Assembly: GCA_963842885.1 (NCBI GenBank)
Contig: CAWJIE010000003.1
Span: 352,001-416,000, forward strand
Reading direction: 5' to 3'
Source: an uncultured Nitrososphaerota archaeon
GTDB lineage: Archaea; Thermoproteota; Nitrososphaeria; Conexivisphaerales; DTJL01
Length of the DNA stretch: 64,000 nt
Shown: in pieces, positions 1-9,392 of the stretch
Layout: every line of letters starts with the position of its first letter
Numbering within the stretch: position 1 is the stretch's first letter
Translations under genes and position numbers: made by a program
The notes under the pieces: model-generated
Seen by the model: the letters and a program-made list of their open reading frames with translations, nothing else
What the model was told of the DNA's origin: nothing
The model's database searches: none

Positions 1-402
1 GCCTGGCGAGAAGCCTGCAGCGTTCGCAGCGCCAAATCAGAACCTTGCCGCACTCGGGACAGTAGAACTTCACAGCCTTCTCTCTTGGATCGATGGGCTT
101 GTTGCAAGATGAACAAGTCGGAGGCTTGACCAGCGGCGACAAAGTTTCTCACCCCCCTTTCAGAAGTGGTCTATTTAACAATTGCTCGCTGAAGAGACAC
201 CGAAAGGGAGGGCATCTTCCGGCCCAACCATCGTTCCTGAGCCACATTTAGGCAGGAAGAACTCTGCAGTACCGCTCAAAACCATCAAAAAAGGGGTCCA
301 CAGGCTCCTTCGGCACGGTAAAAAGAGCCATTTTAGGCACAAGATACGCATACAGTTAAATACGCACGTCTCGTATACTACGCACAACGGTGAAATGAGA
401 AG

Positions 403-552
403 TTGGCTGAAACGGCATACTGCGTCAAGTGCAGGGCCAAACGCGAAATGAAGAACCCCAAGGAAGTCAAGCTGAAGAATGGACGGAAGGCTCTTTCGGG
501 CACCTGCACCAAGTGCGGTACCAAAGTATTCAGGATTCTTGGCAAGAAATAG
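403..552 (+). CDS. DUF5679-family small zinc-binding basic protein (49 aa), missed by the ORF track
   Basis: Hand translation from TTG403: MAETAYCVKCRAKREMKNPKEVKLKNGRKALSGTCTKCGTKVFRILGKK*; two CxxC motifs in the DUF5679 pattern; T-run at 577-582 downstream. Confidence 0.85.
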   Translation: MAETAYCVKCRAKREMKNPKEVKLKNGRKALSGTCTKCGTKVFRILGKK

Positions 553-585
553 ATGCATTGACGAGCCATAGTCCCCTTTTTTCCC

Positions 586-1749
586 CTATCTTCTGGTTAG
601 GTCCACTAATGAACGCAGTCGCCCGTAGCTCCCGCCCAGCACTAAGAGGGAGTCAAGGAGGCCCTTCACTCCGAGCATCTTCGCGAAGTCAAGGGCGTGG
701 TAGTCGAAGCTGCCGTCCTTAAGGGAATCGCCCACGTTATGGTGTATCATTATCCTGAACAGGGCGTCCAGTTCGTCGTTACCCAGGTCCACGAATAGCC
801 TGCGCAGCGAGAGTTGGGTGTCGAAGTCCTTCTGGAACTGAGCCCTCCATTCCAACTCGTAACCGTGCAGCAGCTTGGGATCGCCGGCCAGCAATGCCCT
901 GGCGGTGGCTGCGCCTGCCATCATCCCTCCCACCCCGCCGCTGAAGATCCCGCCCGCGGTGGTGGGTTTGGTCTGTCCTGCCGCGTCACCTACGAGGAGC
1001 CTCCTTCCCAACACGAACTGCGACAGCGGCCCGCCGACCACGATGCTGGCGTAGGTCTTCTTGAGGACTTGCCCACCGCGCCTGGCTATGTAGGCTTCAA
1101 GCCAAGGCTGGAGTGAAGGGCCGTGGCCGGCTATGCCCACCCTTGCCGAGGAGCCATCGAGAGGGATGAGCCAGGCGAAGTACTCCTTGCTCACCTTTTT
1201 GTCGAGGAAGACCTGCACCATCCCCCTTTTGATGTCGGGGAGGACGCATTCGTACTGCACGGCCTGAAGCAGGCCCTCCCCGTTGAAACCTTTGTAGACG
1301 GAGACGCCCCTCGCGTCGATGAAGTATTGGGCGACGTATCGGCCCGACGAAGTGACCACCTCGACGCAATCGTCCTTCTCTTCGATTCCGACGACCCTGT
1401 CGCCGAGCTCGAAGCGGGCGCCTGAGACGGCCGCCTCCCTGGCCACTGCCTTATCTAGCTCCCTTCGTCTGAGCGCAACGACGCCCACCTTCCGTGCGTC
1501 AACCTCCAAGACCTCTCCCCCGGGAGAAGTGAAGGCGGCCGACTTCATGGTGTCGGCAATCACCCTGCTTGAGGGGGCGATCCCCAGCTGCTCGAGGCTG
1601 TCCAGGGAGACGAGGCCGCCGCATTTCTCGGGCGTCCCTATCTCCAGGTCGTCCTCGAACACGATGACCTTGCAGCCTTCCTCAGCCAGCCGCCGGGCAG
1701 CCGAAGCACCAGCTATGCTGGCCCCTGCGACGACCACATCACAGGACAT
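586..1749 (-). CDS. Geranylgeranyl reductase family FAD-dependent oxidoreductase (DGGGPL reductase-like)
   Basis: N-terminal DVVVAGASIAG FAD motif, IGTPEKCGG, YFAWLIP, LLVGDAAGQTKPTTAGGI. Confidence 0.9.
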   Translation of the reverse strand: MSCDVVVAGASIAGASAARRLAEEGCKVIVFEDDLEIGTPEKCGGLVSLDSLEQLGIAPSSRVIADTMKSAAFTSPGGEVLEVDARKVGVVALRRRELDKAVAREAAVSGARFELGDRVVGIEEKDDCVEVVTSSGRYVAQYFIDARGVSVYKGFNGEGLLQAVQYECVLPDIKRGMVQVFLDKKVSKEYFAWLIPLDGSSARVGIAGHGPSLQPWLEAYIARRGGQVLKKTYASIVVGGPLSQFVLGRRLLVGDAAGQTKPTTAGGIFSGGVGGMMAGAATARALLAGDPKLLHGYELEWRAQFQKDFDTQLSLRRLFVDLGNDELDALFRIMIHHNVGDSLKDGSFDYHALDFAKMLGVKGLLDSLLVLGGSYGRLRSLVDLTRR

Positions 1750-1798
1750 TGAAGACAAGTATCCCACCGCCCATCCCAACCTGCAGAAAGGAGTTTCT

Positions 1799-3193
1799 TT
1801 AATGTGCCGTCGTTCGGACAGATGAAGAGGCTTCTCGAAGGATACGGACGCCGCTTCTGGCGAGCTCCTCGGCCTTCTTCGCTGTCTTGGCCTCGACGTA
1901 GCAGCGGAAAAACGGCTCGGTCCCGCTGGGGCGGAGGAGCATCCAAGACTTGTCAGGATAGACCATCTTGACGCCGTCCAAGGTTATGACCCTGGCCTTC
2001 TTCTGACGAGAGAGCTGCAGTATGCGTTCCTGGATCGCCGCCTTGCTGGATTCGTCACACCGGAAGGCCCTCTTGACCATGTGGTACCTGGGAAGAGTCT
2101 CCGTCAGCTCCCCTAGGGTCTCGCCGCGTCGATCCATCAGCTCCAACATCTTGGACGTGGAGAGCGCGACGTCCCCGTAGAGGAGAACCTCCGGCCAGAT
2201 GTACTTCCCTGTCTCCTCGAATCCGAAGACTGCGCCTTCTGCCGTCCGCAGGGCGTCTATGATGGCTGGGGGGCCGACGCGAGTCGTCACCAGCTTCCCC
2301 CGCCCCCGGCAGACGTCTCGGATGAGCTGCGACGAATTCACGGGCGCCACGATAGTTCCTCCGTTCCTGTCTTGGAGGCGGTCCAAAGCGAAGAGGGAGC
2401 CGGTGACGTCTCCCCACACCACGTCTCCTCTTTCGTCGACGAAGATGGCCCTGTCGCCGTCACCGTCGGTAGCCACGCCGAGCTCGGCCGAGGCCTCCGT
2501 TACGGCTTGCTTCAAAGCCTTGAGGACCTCTCGCCTGGGGTAGGGCGGCCTCGATGGGAACCTGCCATCCGCCGAGTCGTTGATCGCGACCACCTTGCAG
2601 CCCAGCTTCACCAGTATGGGGCCTATAATTCCCGAAGCAGCACCGTTGCCGGGATCGACGACGACGCGACGACCGCCAAGGCGGCCGATGTCGGTCACTC
2701 CAAGGATGGATTCTTGGTACGCTCCTTTCGCTTCGCCAGGCCTAGTGCGCCCTGTCCTGTTCCAGGGGTTCGGCAGAAGAGTGCCCCCGAAATACATGGA
2801 CTCCAGCTTCGCCTGAAGTCGGACGTTGATCTCCCCGCCGTCCGCCTGAAAGAACAGAAGTCCAATCACCGGAGCGATTGTGTGGCTGCCGGTGACGACG
2901 ACGGCGCCGTCGAGCTTCTCACGTTTGAGGTAGTGTAGGACGGCGGGAGTGGGGACGACCCCGCAGTCACGGACGTCGACGCCCCCTGCGTTCAAGCCAG
3001 ATACAACGGCCCTCTGCACGACGGCGGCGTGAAGGCGCACGTCCATGCCGACAGCCACTTCGCCCTCCCGTCCGAGGAGGTGGGCGAAACACAAGCCCAT
3101 CCTTGCCGCGAAGTCGGGTGTCAGGTTCCTATTGATGAATCCTCTGATGCCGGACGTGCCGAACAGCCTTAGCGTCACGTGTTTTGCCGACAT
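1799..3193 (-). CDS. Phosphoglucomutase/phosphomannomutase (alpha-D-phosphohexomutase)
   Basis: LFGTSGIRG, TGSH phosphoserine loop, DGDGDR metal loop, GFEETG, LLRPSGTEP. Confidence 0.92.
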   Translation of the reverse strand: MSAKHVTLRLFGTSGIRGFINRNLTPDFAARMGLCFAHLLGREGEVAVGMDVRLHAAVVQRAVVSGLNAGGVDVRDCGVVPTPAVLHYLKREKLDGAVVVTGSHTIAPVIGLLFFQADGGEINVRLQAKLESMYFGGTLLPNPWNRTGRTRPGEAKGAYQESILGVTDIGRLGGRRVVVDPGNGAASGIIGPILVKLGCKVVAINDSADGRFPSRPPYPRREVLKALKQAVTEASAELGVATDGDGDRAIFVDERGDVVWGDVTGSLFALDRLQDRNGGTIVAPVNSSQLIRDVCRGRGKLVTTRVGPPAIIDALRTAEGAVFGFEETGKYIWPEVLLYGDVALSTSKMLELMDRRGETLGELTETLPRYHMVKRAFRCDESSKAAIQERILQLSRQKKARVITLDGVKMVYPDKSWMLLRPSGTEPFFRCYVEAKTAKKAEELARSGVRILREASSSVRTTAH

Positions 3194-3349
3194 GGCCACC
3201 GAATCGACCTTTGGTGGAGATTGCTTAATAACAATACCTCGTATGTCTTATGATCATCCCCGACGATACCCGACGGCGTCACTCGCTCGCCTACGTTTGG
3301 CCCGTGTTAAATACTCCCGGGAGCCCAGTGGGGTTCAGGACGTGGAAAA

Positions 3350-4501
3350 ATGGACTGGAAAATCGTCATCGATGGAATCGCAAAGGCGACCTTGGCAGTC
3401 TTCGTCCTTGAAGTCCTCGCTCGTCTTTCAATGGCATTCAACATCGGGATTGCGGGAATCATCTACCTCGACGTGCTCTTCGCAGCCCTCTTGGTCCTCA
3501 CCGTTTTAGGCTATGGCGTCTACTATGGCAGGACCTACGGTGCGCCTGTCCCACTTGTCGCAACCGTAGTGCTGGGCGTCTCCGGGTTCGCCCTGGCCTT
3601 CGTCGCGCTGCTGGGATTCCCCGCATTCTCTTCTCCTGCCAGGACGCAGCTGTTCTGGCTGGGCACGCTCATGGTGGCTATCGCCATACCGCTTGGGTCA
3701 TATGCGTCTCGCCAGGTCAGGAAGGAGTGGCATGACCATGTGACTGACTTCGAGTTCGGCCATCACAGCTACAACCTGGCCAAGGACTTTGACGGCTGCG
3801 CCGACGGCAGACAGGGCCTCTCCGCACCCGCCTTCGGAGAGCCCGCCGTGAGTTCAGGAGGAGGGAACTGTGAAGGCGCGGGTATCAGGATCGAATGGGA
3901 GATGGGCTCAATCATCTTCCGCAATGAAGGCGGGAACGGAATCGCCGTAGCTGGGAGAGGCCACCTGGAGACATCTCATGGACAAGACAACCTGGACGGA
4001 ATCTGCGTCGTGTCTTCCACCTGTCCCTTGGAGATCCGGGACTCCCCTGCGAGGGTGGCGACCGACGCCGATGCCGCCGACCATGAATTCAAGACCCTAG
4101 GCGACCTGAGGGCCAGCGTAGCTTCCGCCAGCTCGGACATCGTCTCGGAGGCCGAGAGTTTCGTGAAAGAAGCGATCTCCCGCTACAACCCCGACGACAA
4201 GGTGGAATCGGTCTCAGTGGGAGGCTTCATCAACGTGGAAGAAAGCGCTCACAGAAAAATCGTAAGGGTCCCCGGCGTCTATGTCTATGACGGGCCAGAT
4301 GGAGAAGTCGTCCGCGTTGGCGGAAGGGTGGTGAAAAACGAAATAAGGTCGCCGGGCTCCATGATGGGATTCAACGGGGTCTTCAAGGAAGGAGAGAAGC
4401 CTGTGACTGTCATCAAGAACCTGTCCGGAGGTCTGAGCTTTGTCATAGTGGGGCCGCGTTGGGTGGCATGGAAGAAGGATGAGAAGGTGATATCTCCATG
4501 A
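3350..4501 (+). CDS. Hypothetical membrane protein (4 N-terminal TM helices plus soluble C-terminal domain)
   Basis: 383-aa ORF with hydrophobic N-terminus; TTAAATA TATA-like box upstream; overlaps the next ORF at ATGA. Confidence 0.7.
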   Translation: MDWKIVIDGIAKATLAVFVLEVLARLSMAFNIGIAGIIYLDVLFAALLVLTVLGYGVYYGRTYGAPVPLVATVVLGVSGFALAFVALLGFPAFSSPARTQLFWLGTLMVAIAIPLGSYASRQVRKEWHDHVTDFEFGHHSYNLAKDFDGCADGRQGLSAPAFGEPAVSSGGGNCEGAGIRIEWEMGSIIFRNEGGNGIAVAGRGHLETSHGQDNLDGICVVSSTCPLEIRDSPARVATDADAADHEFKTLGDLRASVASASSDIVSEAESFVKEAISRYNPDDKVESVSVGGFINVEESAHRKIVRVPGVYVYDGPDGEVVRVGGRVVKNEIRSPGSMMGFNGVFKEGEKPVTVIKNLSGGLSFVIVGPRWVAWKKDEKVISP

Positions 4502-4824
4502 CCTACTACTCAACGGTCCACAGCCTCGGCAACGTCGGAGCGCTTTTCCTCCTGGCATACATCATAGCCCTCCCTTTGGGTATGGTCGACCAGTTCGTAA
4601 AAGGGATACTATACGTTGCCCTAGCGCTGATACTCGTGTCAGCTTTCGACGCTCCTCGGCCCGGCAGGGTTTTCAAGGGGGTTCTCGGGAGAGTGGGAAC
4701 GCTGGCGTTCGTGTTCTGGCTGCTGGTAGTGGTGTTCAAGCTGGCGGTGGTGCCGCTGACTTCCGCCCAGCTCTTCTGGACCTTCGTCGCGGCGTTGGTA
4801 ATAAGGGCGGCTGTAGAGATATAG
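4498..4824 (+). CDS. Small hypothetical integral membrane protein
   Basis: 108 aa, about 4 hydrophobic segments, translationally coupled to the upstream ORF. Confidence 0.7.
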   Translation: MTYYSTVHSLGNVGALFLLAYIIALPLGMVDQFVKGILYVALALILVSAFDAPRPGRVFKGVLGRVGTLAFVFWLLVVVFKLAVVPLTSAQLFWTFVAALVIRAAVEI

Positions 4825-4851
4825 GCGGGAGTCCGGCGGAGTGGAAGGTCG

Positions 4852-5322
4852 ATGAGCCTGAAGCTGGCCCAGAGGTTTTTCAACAGGGTCTTCCCTGCTC
4901 GATTGACCAGCTTTTGGTCCCTTGAGAGGCTGGAAAGGAACGAAGAGTTCGCCCTTCTGCTCAAGAACCCCATACGGAGGAAGGTCGTGCTTCACTACCT
5001 TCGCAACCAGAACACGTGGAGCAGCATTTCTTCACTGGCGGCCGATATCGGCGAGAGCAAGGCGACCGTCCAAGACCACCTCGAGACGATGAAGGAGAAG
5101 ATGTTGATCGAGAGATGGTTCATGAACAGGAGGCTCTTCAGGTTGAAGCCCGAGATATACCCCGAGCTCGCGCCCAATCCGTTCATGATCGCTGGCGTGC
5201 TGGTGGCCGTGGGCCTCGCCGTGGGATACCTCCTCCGGCCCAGCGAAGTCATCGCCGGAATGCTGGCGGGGGTATCGCTTATGCTGACCATCTACATCGT
5301 TGTGGAGACCAAAAAGCTGTAG
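4852..5322 (+). CDS. ArsR-like winged-helix regulator with two C-terminal TM helices
   Basis: LLKNPIRRKVV...SISSLAADIGESKATVQDHLETM HTH followed by a hydrophobic tail. Confidence 0.75.
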   Translation: MSLKLAQRFFNRVFPARLTSFWSLERLERNEEFALLLKNPIRRKVVLHYLRNQNTWSSISSLAADIGESKATVQDHLETMKEKMLIERWFMNRRLFRLKPEIYPELAPNPFMIAGVLVAVGLAVGYLLRPSEVIAGMLAGVSLMLTIYIVVETKKL

Positions 5323-5325
5323 CGC

Positions 5326-5877
5326 CTACGGCAGAAGGACGCAGGCGGCCACGACGGAGGTCCAAAGGCCGTTCTTGTCCCCCTCGGCTGACTGGACCAC
5401 ACTAGCGGTCCTGTAGATTTTCCCCGATATCTTCCATTCCTGCTTTAGGACGTCCCAGCTCTTGTCCGGGTCGAAAGGCAGTCCCATCGTGGAAGCCAGC
5501 ATGTAGATTGCAAGGTCTTCTGAATAGTCGGCCGTCTTGGAGTCGGTCTTCCCGAACGCGTGCACCTCCGACAGATAGCCGTACATGTTCTTGTCCCTCG
5601 GAAGGGCCAAGCCGACCGCGGCCGAAATGAGCCGGTTGGGCTCGTCGGTCTCGTTCCTGCTGAGAACGACGAAGACCACTTGCCCAGGACTGATCAGCTT
5701 CAGCCCTTCCTTCCTGCTGATGACTCGGGCCCTCGGGGGAAAGATGCTGGAGACGGGCACCAGGTTACAGTGGGCTATCCCCGCGTCTCTGAGCGCCAGC
5801 TCGAAGCTGTTAAGCTTCTCTTTGTGGCGACCGACGCCGTTCGTCAAGAAAACCCTCTTTGGAATGAATGAGGACAT
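5326..5877 (-). CDS. pdaD: Pyruvoyl-dependent arginine decarboxylase
   Basis: SFELALRDAGIAHCNLVPVSSIFP with the Ser-Ser self-cleavage site; GYLSEVH; WTSVVAACV. Confidence 0.93.
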   Translation of the reverse strand: MSSFIPKRVFLTNGVGRHKEKLNSFELALRDAGIAHCNLVPVSSIFPPRARVISRKEGLKLISPGQVVFVVLSRNETDEPNRLISAAVGLALPRDKNMYGYLSEVHAFGKTDSKTADYSEDLAIYMLASTMGLPFDPDKSWDVLKQEWKISGKIYRTASVVQSAEGDKNGLWTSVVAACVLLP

Positions 5878-6035
5878 CGCGCTAAGACGGGGGTAATAGG
5901 ATGGCTGTATTTAAGTTGCAACACCACCACCACCGCCTCCATCGTAAGATGGCCGGAAACCCGATGGCGAATCCGCTGCGGATCCTTGAATGCCAAGTCG
6001 GACTGGCAGTTGCGCCCTGGACCCGACCGGCGCAA

Positions 6036-6452
6036 TCAGAAGACCGACGTGCTAAGGGCCTTGACAATCTTCTCTTCGGATATGATGTCCCGGACGGAGA
6101 CGACCCCGAAGAGCTTCCCGGATTCGTCCACAACGACTAGATGCCGAACGTTGAACTTGGACATCGTCATGGCTGCCTCGTCGATGCGGGCTGTCTTCGG
6201 AATGGAGATTAGTTGCTTGGTCATAAAATTCTCTATCGGAGAGTAGATGCTGCCGCCCTTGGCCACGGCGGTTACGATATCGCGCTCGGAGAGGACACCC
6301 ACCATCTTGGCCTTGTCCAACGGATTCACCACGACCAGGAGGCCTATCCGGTGGGTGCTCATAAGCTTGGCCGCGTCCATGAGGCTGGCCTCCGGCTCAA
6401 TCGTAACGGCCGCCGTCCTAATCAGGTCGCCGACCTTCATGACATCATACAC
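6036..6452 (-). CDS. CBS-domain pair protein
   Basis: Two CBS repeats (IGLLVVV...GVLSERDI; VRHLVVVDESGKLFGVVSVRDI). Confidence 0.9.
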   Translation of the reverse strand: MYDVMKVGDLIRTAAVTIEPEASLMDAAKLMSTHRIGLLVVVNPLDKAKMVGVLSERDIVTAVAKGGSIYSPIENFMTKQLISIPKTARIDEAAMTMSKFNVRHLVVVDESGKLFGVVSVRDIISEEKIVKALSTSVF

Positions 6453-6577
6453 TACTGGGCTTTAGAATATAAGGAAACGGATATCCGGGTGGCATGGGTT
6501 GATGAGAAGTCTTTGCCGGCAAAAGCTTTTGAGCACCCGGTGCCGACTTCGCCTACATCCGGAGTCAATACGATATT

Positions 6578-7240
6578 TTGAAGGCACACACGATCGACGC
6601 TGCGCTGTTCGATTGGAGCGGCACGCTGGTCGATGACCTGGACGTCGTCTGGAGGACCAATGACCAGACACTGATGTCGTTCGGCGTCCCGCATCAGGAC
6701 ATTGAGACCTTTAGGGAGAGGTTCATCCTCCCATGGCAGTCCTTCTACGCTCTCTACGGGCTCGGTGACGCGCGGACCCTTGAGGAAGTAGACGCAAGGT
6801 TCTGGAAAATCTACCGTCCCCTGTCGGAGGAGATCAGGCCGTTTCCTGAAACCTTCCCTCTTCTGGCCAAGCTCAAGTCTATGGGAATCAAGACCGCAGT
6901 AGTCACTCAGACCAAGCGAGGTCCTTTGCTCGAGCAAATGGAGAGATTCGGCTTGGTCGAGCTAGTCGACGCGACGGTGGGCGCTGAGGACGCGGAGGAG
7001 CTCAAACCCTCGCCGAAGCCAGTCCTGGCTGCCCTGCGTAAGCTGCACGTGGAGCCGGAGGAAGCGGTCTTCACGGGTGACATGGTCGAAGACGTCTTGG
7101 CTGGGAATAGTGCGGGCGTAAGGGTCATTTCGATTGTGCGAAAGGGTAGTTACCAGACGGAGGAACGTGTCAAATCCGGAAATCCCTACCGCATAGCTCG
7201 CAGCATGAGGGAGGTCACTGACATCATCAAGGGCATATGA
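6578..7240 (+). CDS. HAD-superfamily phosphatase
   Basis: FDWSGTLVD motif I, KPSP motif III, GDMVEDV motif IV. Confidence 0.88.
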   Translation: MKAHTIDAALFDWSGTLVDDLDVVWRTNDQTLMSFGVPHQDIETFRERFILPWQSFYALYGLGDARTLEEVDARFWKIYRPLSEEIRPFPETFPLLAKLKSMGIKTAVVTQTKRGPLLEQMERFGLVELVDATVGAEDAEELKPSPKPVLAALRKLHVEPEEAVFTGDMVEDVLAGNSAGVRVISIVRKGSYQTEERVKSGNPYRIARSMREVTDIIKGI

Positions 7241-7431
7241 CCTCTGCCGGCCGAGCCTTCTTCTTCCAACCGTGTGACGGCGCCGTCCTGGCCTCGCTCA
7301 GTCCGACACGCAATTCGAAGGGCAGGCCAACGACCACACGACTTCAAACAGCCAGTACCAAGTGACGTGCCTTTCCAGCCTAGGCGATGCCCTCATAAGC
7401 CTCTGAGCGACAGGTTAGGCTCACCGGCCCC

Positions 7432-8409
7432 CTATGCAAATGCGGAGACGACACCGCCGCCGATGACCCTGGAGGCGCCAGGTCTGATATTCAGGTCCAC
7501 TAGGACGGCCCGCTGTCCAGCCCAAACTGGCACATGCTTCTGGTATGTGACCGTTATCTTCCCATCCGGCTGGGGAACGACATGGCCAAGGTTCAGGCCT
7601 GATATGGTTTGGACGTGGAGGTCGACGGGCTTACGGATGCCCTGACGGAAGTACGGCGAAGGTCTGAAGTCGATGGTGGCCTGGTGAGAGACCCTGACGC
7701 CTTCGCTGCCGACGCCCACCCCCTTCTGAAAGTCCTCGACGGACGCTCCCTTCAAACAGAGCCCGACTCTGGAACCTTCAGGGGCGAAGCTGACATCGAC
7801 GTCCATGATCTGGATGCTCCTTACCTCAACCTCTTTCCTTTGGGGGAGGATCCGCATGACGTCGTGGGCCTTGACGGAACCTGAGACGACGAAGCCCAGC
7901 ACGACAAGACCGACGCCCTTGACGTTGAACGCTTGATCGACGGAGACGTAGGCCAGGCCGCCGGTCTCTTTGCTCCTCGACCTATCCTCGCCCATCGAGG
8001 AGAAAAGGGAAGGGTCGCCCGAAGACACGACCGGGAAGGAAGACAGCGTGAGGCCTTTGAAGACCTTCTGGGCCATAGACCGCGCAGAATCTGCGTCCCC
8101 TGTCGCTACGATCTTGCCCTGTGACACCTCCAAAAAGTCAAGCATCAGTGCGAGCTCGCCGTCCATCCAGCTGAGCTTGCCTTCCTTGGGCAGGAAGTAC
8201 AGGGCCTCATCTGAGATCGAGGCGATCTTCAGCACGTCCTGAATCTTCCCCGGGTAGGCATTCTCATCGAGGAGTATGAAGCCGCTGCCGCCGCTGGCGT
8301 GGTAGTAGAGGAAGAGGCCTTCCTCTTCGCTGGGATTGCCCAAGTGTGATGCGACCTTCCGCCGCAATGTCGCATCTGAGCCCAAGAGACTGGAAACCGT
8401 TATGGTCAA
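7432..8409 (-). CDS. SelB-like / EF-Tu domain-2 protein (archaeal SelBL type, degenerate G domain)
   Basis: VSVDQAFNVKGVGLVVLGFVVSGSV, VEVRSIQIMDVDV, GSRVGLCLKG; no GHVDHGKT P-loop; start placed at TTG8409 because the ORF-track extension runs into the tRNA. Confidence 0.8.
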   Translation of the reverse strand: MTITVSSLLGSDATLRRKVASHLGNPSEEEGLFLYYHASGGSGFILLDENAYPGKIQDVLKIASISDEALYFLPKEGKLSWMDGELALMLDFLEVSQGKIVATGDADSARSMAQKVFKGLTLSSFPVVSSGDPSLFSSMGEDRSRSKETGGLAYVSVDQAFNVKGVGLVVLGFVVSGSVKAHDVMRILPQRKEVEVRSIQIMDVDVSFAPEGSRVGLCLKGASVEDFQKGVGVGSEGVRVSHQATIDFRPSPYFRQGIRKPVDLHVQTISGLNLGHVVPQPDGKITVTYQKHVPVWAGQRAVLVDLNIRPGASRVIGGGVVSAFA

Positions 8410-8527
8410 GTTGCCGGCTTCACGTTTGGAGAGGCGCCCTCCAATCGTTCTAATAACCCTTTTCACAGCGTTCGCAGGCCTCCCAAGATCGAAGGCCGTT
8501 CCGTGGAAAGAACTAGGCGAAAGTGGA

Positions 8528-8617
8528 TGCCGCGGGCAGGATTTGAGCCTGCGACACATCGGTGACTGATGTCGATGAACTTCAGCCGATTGCTCTCCCA
8601 GGCTGAGCTACCGCGGC
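8528..8617 (-). tRNA. tRNA-Phe: tRNA-Phe(GAA) with a 16-nt intron at position 37/38 (8564-8579); CCA not encoded
   Basis: Reverse complement GCCGCGGTAGCTCAGCCTGGGAGAGCAATCGGCTGAAG[TTCATCGACATCAGTC]ACCGATGTGTCGCAGGCTCAAATCCTGCCCGCGGCA; acceptor stem GCCGCGG/CCGCGGC, anticodon stem ATCGG/CCGAT, central helix CTGA/TCAG typical of a bulge-helix-bulge splice site. Confidence 0.95.
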
Positions 8618-8731
8618 GCAGATTTGAAGAGCGTTTTCGGGCAATATATCTCCTTTCCGGTCAGAGGAAGATGAAGGAACGATTCTGAGAAGCGGCGACA
8701 GATTAATCAGGCGAGCCACGACCGGTTAGCT

Positions 8732-9277
8732 GTGACCGTTGGTTCCAATCTGAAAGCCGATCATCGTGTGGTCAGGAGACTCGAATCGGTGCTGAGGGTC
8801 ATGGCGGCACGCATTTCCGCGGGGGAGAGGCTCCCCGCCGAGGACGTGGAGGAGGCGATCCGGCTGATGTTCGAGTTCGTTGATTCATACCATCATGTCA
8901 AGGAGGAGGTGGGCCTCTTCCCAGTAATCCAAGGTGCGAGCAAAGAACAGCAGAAGATGGTGTATGCGTTCCTGGTCGAGCATGAATTTGGGAGGAAGGC
9001 CGCGCGCAGGATTGAGCAGGAGTTTTCGTCTTGGGTGAAGGGGGAGGAGGCAGCCGAGCCGCTGGCACGCTTCATCCTGACCTACGCAGACTTCATCAAG
9101 GTCCATACGGCGAAGGAGGACGAGTGGTTCGAGAGCGTCGACGGCAAGCTGCTTTCTGGCACGCTGCAGAGGGAGATCTTGGAGAGGTTCGCGCAGGTCG
9201 AGACACTAGGCCCTTCCGCCAAGGAGAACTTCGGCCGTCGGGTAAAGGATCTGGCAAGGAAGTACCTGAAGAAGTGA
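8732..9277 (+). CDS. Hemerythrin-like (HHE) domain protein
   Basis: DHRVV, YHHVKEEVGLFP, EHEFGR, HTAKED motifs. Confidence 0.88.
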   Translation: MTVGSNLKADHRVVRRLESVLRVMAARISAGERLPAEDVEEAIRLMFEFVDSYHHVKEEVGLFPVIQGASKEQQKMVYAFLVEHEFGRKAARRIEQEFSSWVKGEEAAEPLARFILTYADFIKVHTAKEDEWFESVDGKLLSGTLQREILERFAQVETLGPSAKENFGRRVKDLARKYLKK

Positions 9278-9392
9278 ACCCCCCCCCCGGCCGGATTATT
9301 TCCAGGTTATCACAAATGCCTTATCATCGGAATCACCCGGTCTCGAAAGAGGGCAAAAGCGAAATAAGTGCGCGCCGCCTACGAGACGGGCG

